A DNA stretch of 64,000 bases from NCBI GenBank assembly GCA_951406725.2, contig OX597815.1:33108001-33172000 (forward strand). Direction: 5' to 3'. Below the pieces are notes generated by a model, which had not been told where the DNA came from, ran no database searches, and saw only the letters and a program-made list of their open reading frames with translations. Position numbers and translations under genes: made by a program. This stretch comes from Octopus vulgaris (Eukaryota). Every line of letters begins with the position of its first letter. Within the stretch, counting starts at the first letter, position 1. Shown here in pieces: positions 62,130 through 64,000 of this stretch.

Positions 62130-64000
62130 ATTGTTGTTGGCAACCTTTTTGTCTCGGGAGACTATGGAGTTGCGCATAAAATAATCTAGTCCGGCTTTTA
62201 CATTTCATGTCCTAACACATCTCCTGCTGTGGCTGTGTAGTCCTGTCCTGGACAAACACTCCCTCTGGCAGGTGCCGCAAATATAGCGAAGACTTTGCCT
62301 GGCTGTTTGTAATGTCATAGTTTCTTGTTGACGTCCTTTCTTGTCTTTCCATTTCTTCTCTCTCTCCATGTCACTCCTTTGTGTTCCCTCTTTTACGGTA
62401 CGTCGCCAATCTCCACGGTTGCTGGCAACTGCTTCCCAGTTGGTAATATTTATATTGCAGGCATTCATGTCCCTTTTGCAAACATCCTTGTATCGTAAGA
62501 ACGGTCTTCCACAGACCTAGTGCCCCTAGCAAGCTCTCCGTTGAGTATGTCCTTGGGGATTCTGCCATCTTCCATACGGCTAACATGCCCAAGCCATCTC
62601 ATACGTCTTTGTGTGAGGAGTGCAAACATGTTTGGTATTCCTGCTTGTTGAGGACATCTTTGTTGGGGACATGATTCAGCCATTTGATGCGAAGGATTTT
62701 CCGGATGCAGCGCAGGTGAAAGATATTTAGGCGACGTATAGCGTCGTATGGCGTGTGTATGGCGTCCAAATCTCACTTCCATATAGTAGAGTGCTAAGTA
62801 CACATGCCTGGTAAATCTTCATTTTTGTGGTCTTGGTCAGCTTATTGTTGTCCCATGCCCATTTGGAGAGTTGGGCCATCACAGCAGCTGCCTTGCCAAT
62901 GCGTATATTGAGCTCAGCATCAAGGGATAGGTTGGAGGTGACGGTAGAGCCAAGATAGGTAAACTTATCCACCTCCTGTAGTCTGTGGTCTCCAATATGT
63001 ATGTTTGGGATGTCCGATGTAGCCTGACCCATGATGTTGGTCTTCTGGAGGCTGATAACTAAGCCAAAGTTGCCACATGCTTGCTCAAAACAGTTGATGA
63101 GCCTTTGTAGGGCTTCTTCTGTGTGTGATACCAGAGCGGCATCATCAGCAAATAGCATCTCCTTGATCAGGATGCTTTTGATTTTGATCTTGGCACGCAG
63201 ACGCGAGAGATTGAACAGTTTCCCATCACTTCTACTGTGCAGAAACACTCCGTCATCTGATGTCTCAAAGGCATGTGACAGCAGCAGCGAGAAGATGCCA
63301 AATAATGTAGGAGCATGGACACAACCTTGCTTTACCCCATTTTTTATTTGGAAGGCGGCTGATGTTGAACCATTGTGCTGTATGGTGCCTTGCATATCAT
63401 CATGGAAAGATCTGATGATCCTCAGCAGCTTTGGTGGACATCCGATGATTTGGAGCAGGATGAAGAGGCCTTTTCTACTTACCAAGTCAAAGGCCTTTGT
63501 CAGATCAATGAAGGCCATATATAATGGCATTTTCTGCTCTCTGGAGTCTCCTGAAGTTGGCGTATGGAGAATATCATGTTAATAGTTTATCTGCTTCTTC
63601 TAAAGCCACACTGCGATTCTGGATAAATTCGATAAGCAAGCAGTTGCAGCCTGGACAGGATAGTGCGAGCAGAGGCCTTTCCAACAGTGCTTAATTTCAC
63701 GGTAATTGTTACAATCACTACGGTCACCTTTGTTTTTGTAAAGCGTAATGATGTTAGCATTCCGCATATCCTGAGGGACTGTACCCTCTTCCCAGCACTG
63801 GCACACAAGCTCATGAAGGTGCCGAAGCAGGATGGTGTTTTTGCTGGTTTTGATGATCTCTAAGGGGATGTCGTCTTTTCCCGGAGCCTTGTTACTTGCT
63901 AGGGAGTCAATAGCCTTAGTGAGCTCTGCTATATATGGCAGACTGTCAAGTTCACACATGACTGGCAAAATCTTGACACCTTCGATCGCAGCCTCAGCTA
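62130..64000 (-). mobile_element. RTE-clade (BovB-like) LINE, 3' part, running off the window edge
   Basis: KAPGKDDIP, NYR, PESQCGFR, FIDLTKAFD, GVKQGC..APTLF, LFADD, RIPKDIL.GEL, CGTCQRECLSRTGLHSH; 3' (CAA) tail; frameshifted. Confidence 0.9.

Noticed and set aside
62727-63530. 267-aa RT ORF as a functional or domesticated gene
   Set aside because: Flanking parts of the same RTE ORF are broken by frameshifts and stops; ordinary decayed LINE

Overview
AT-rich eukaryotic DNA dense in microsatellites and transposons. The SINE and LINE content looks like a coleoid cephalopod (Octopus-type) genome; this is inferred, not verified. The main finding is a spliced minus-strand gene that the ORF track mostly misses. 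Six exons with canonical AG/GT sites and consistent phases (38263-38125, 30309-30206, 18737-18644, 14777-14635, 9495-9339, 7733-7605; 766 nt, 255 codons) encode TM1 to mid-TM6 of a rhodopsin-class neuropeptide GPCR of the CCAP-receptor / neuropeptide-S-receptor group. I could not find the N-terminal exon or the TM6b-TM7 exon(s) in the window. Introns and flanks hold decayed RTE, R4/Dong, Tx1/L1 and CR1/Jockey-like LINEs; mariner, Tc1, Tigger, hAT and possible Helitron remnants; at least four tRNA-like SINE families, some modular, dimeric or nested with target-site duplications (TSDs); and several long fold-back palindromes. Most ORFs in the track are microsatellite artefacts.
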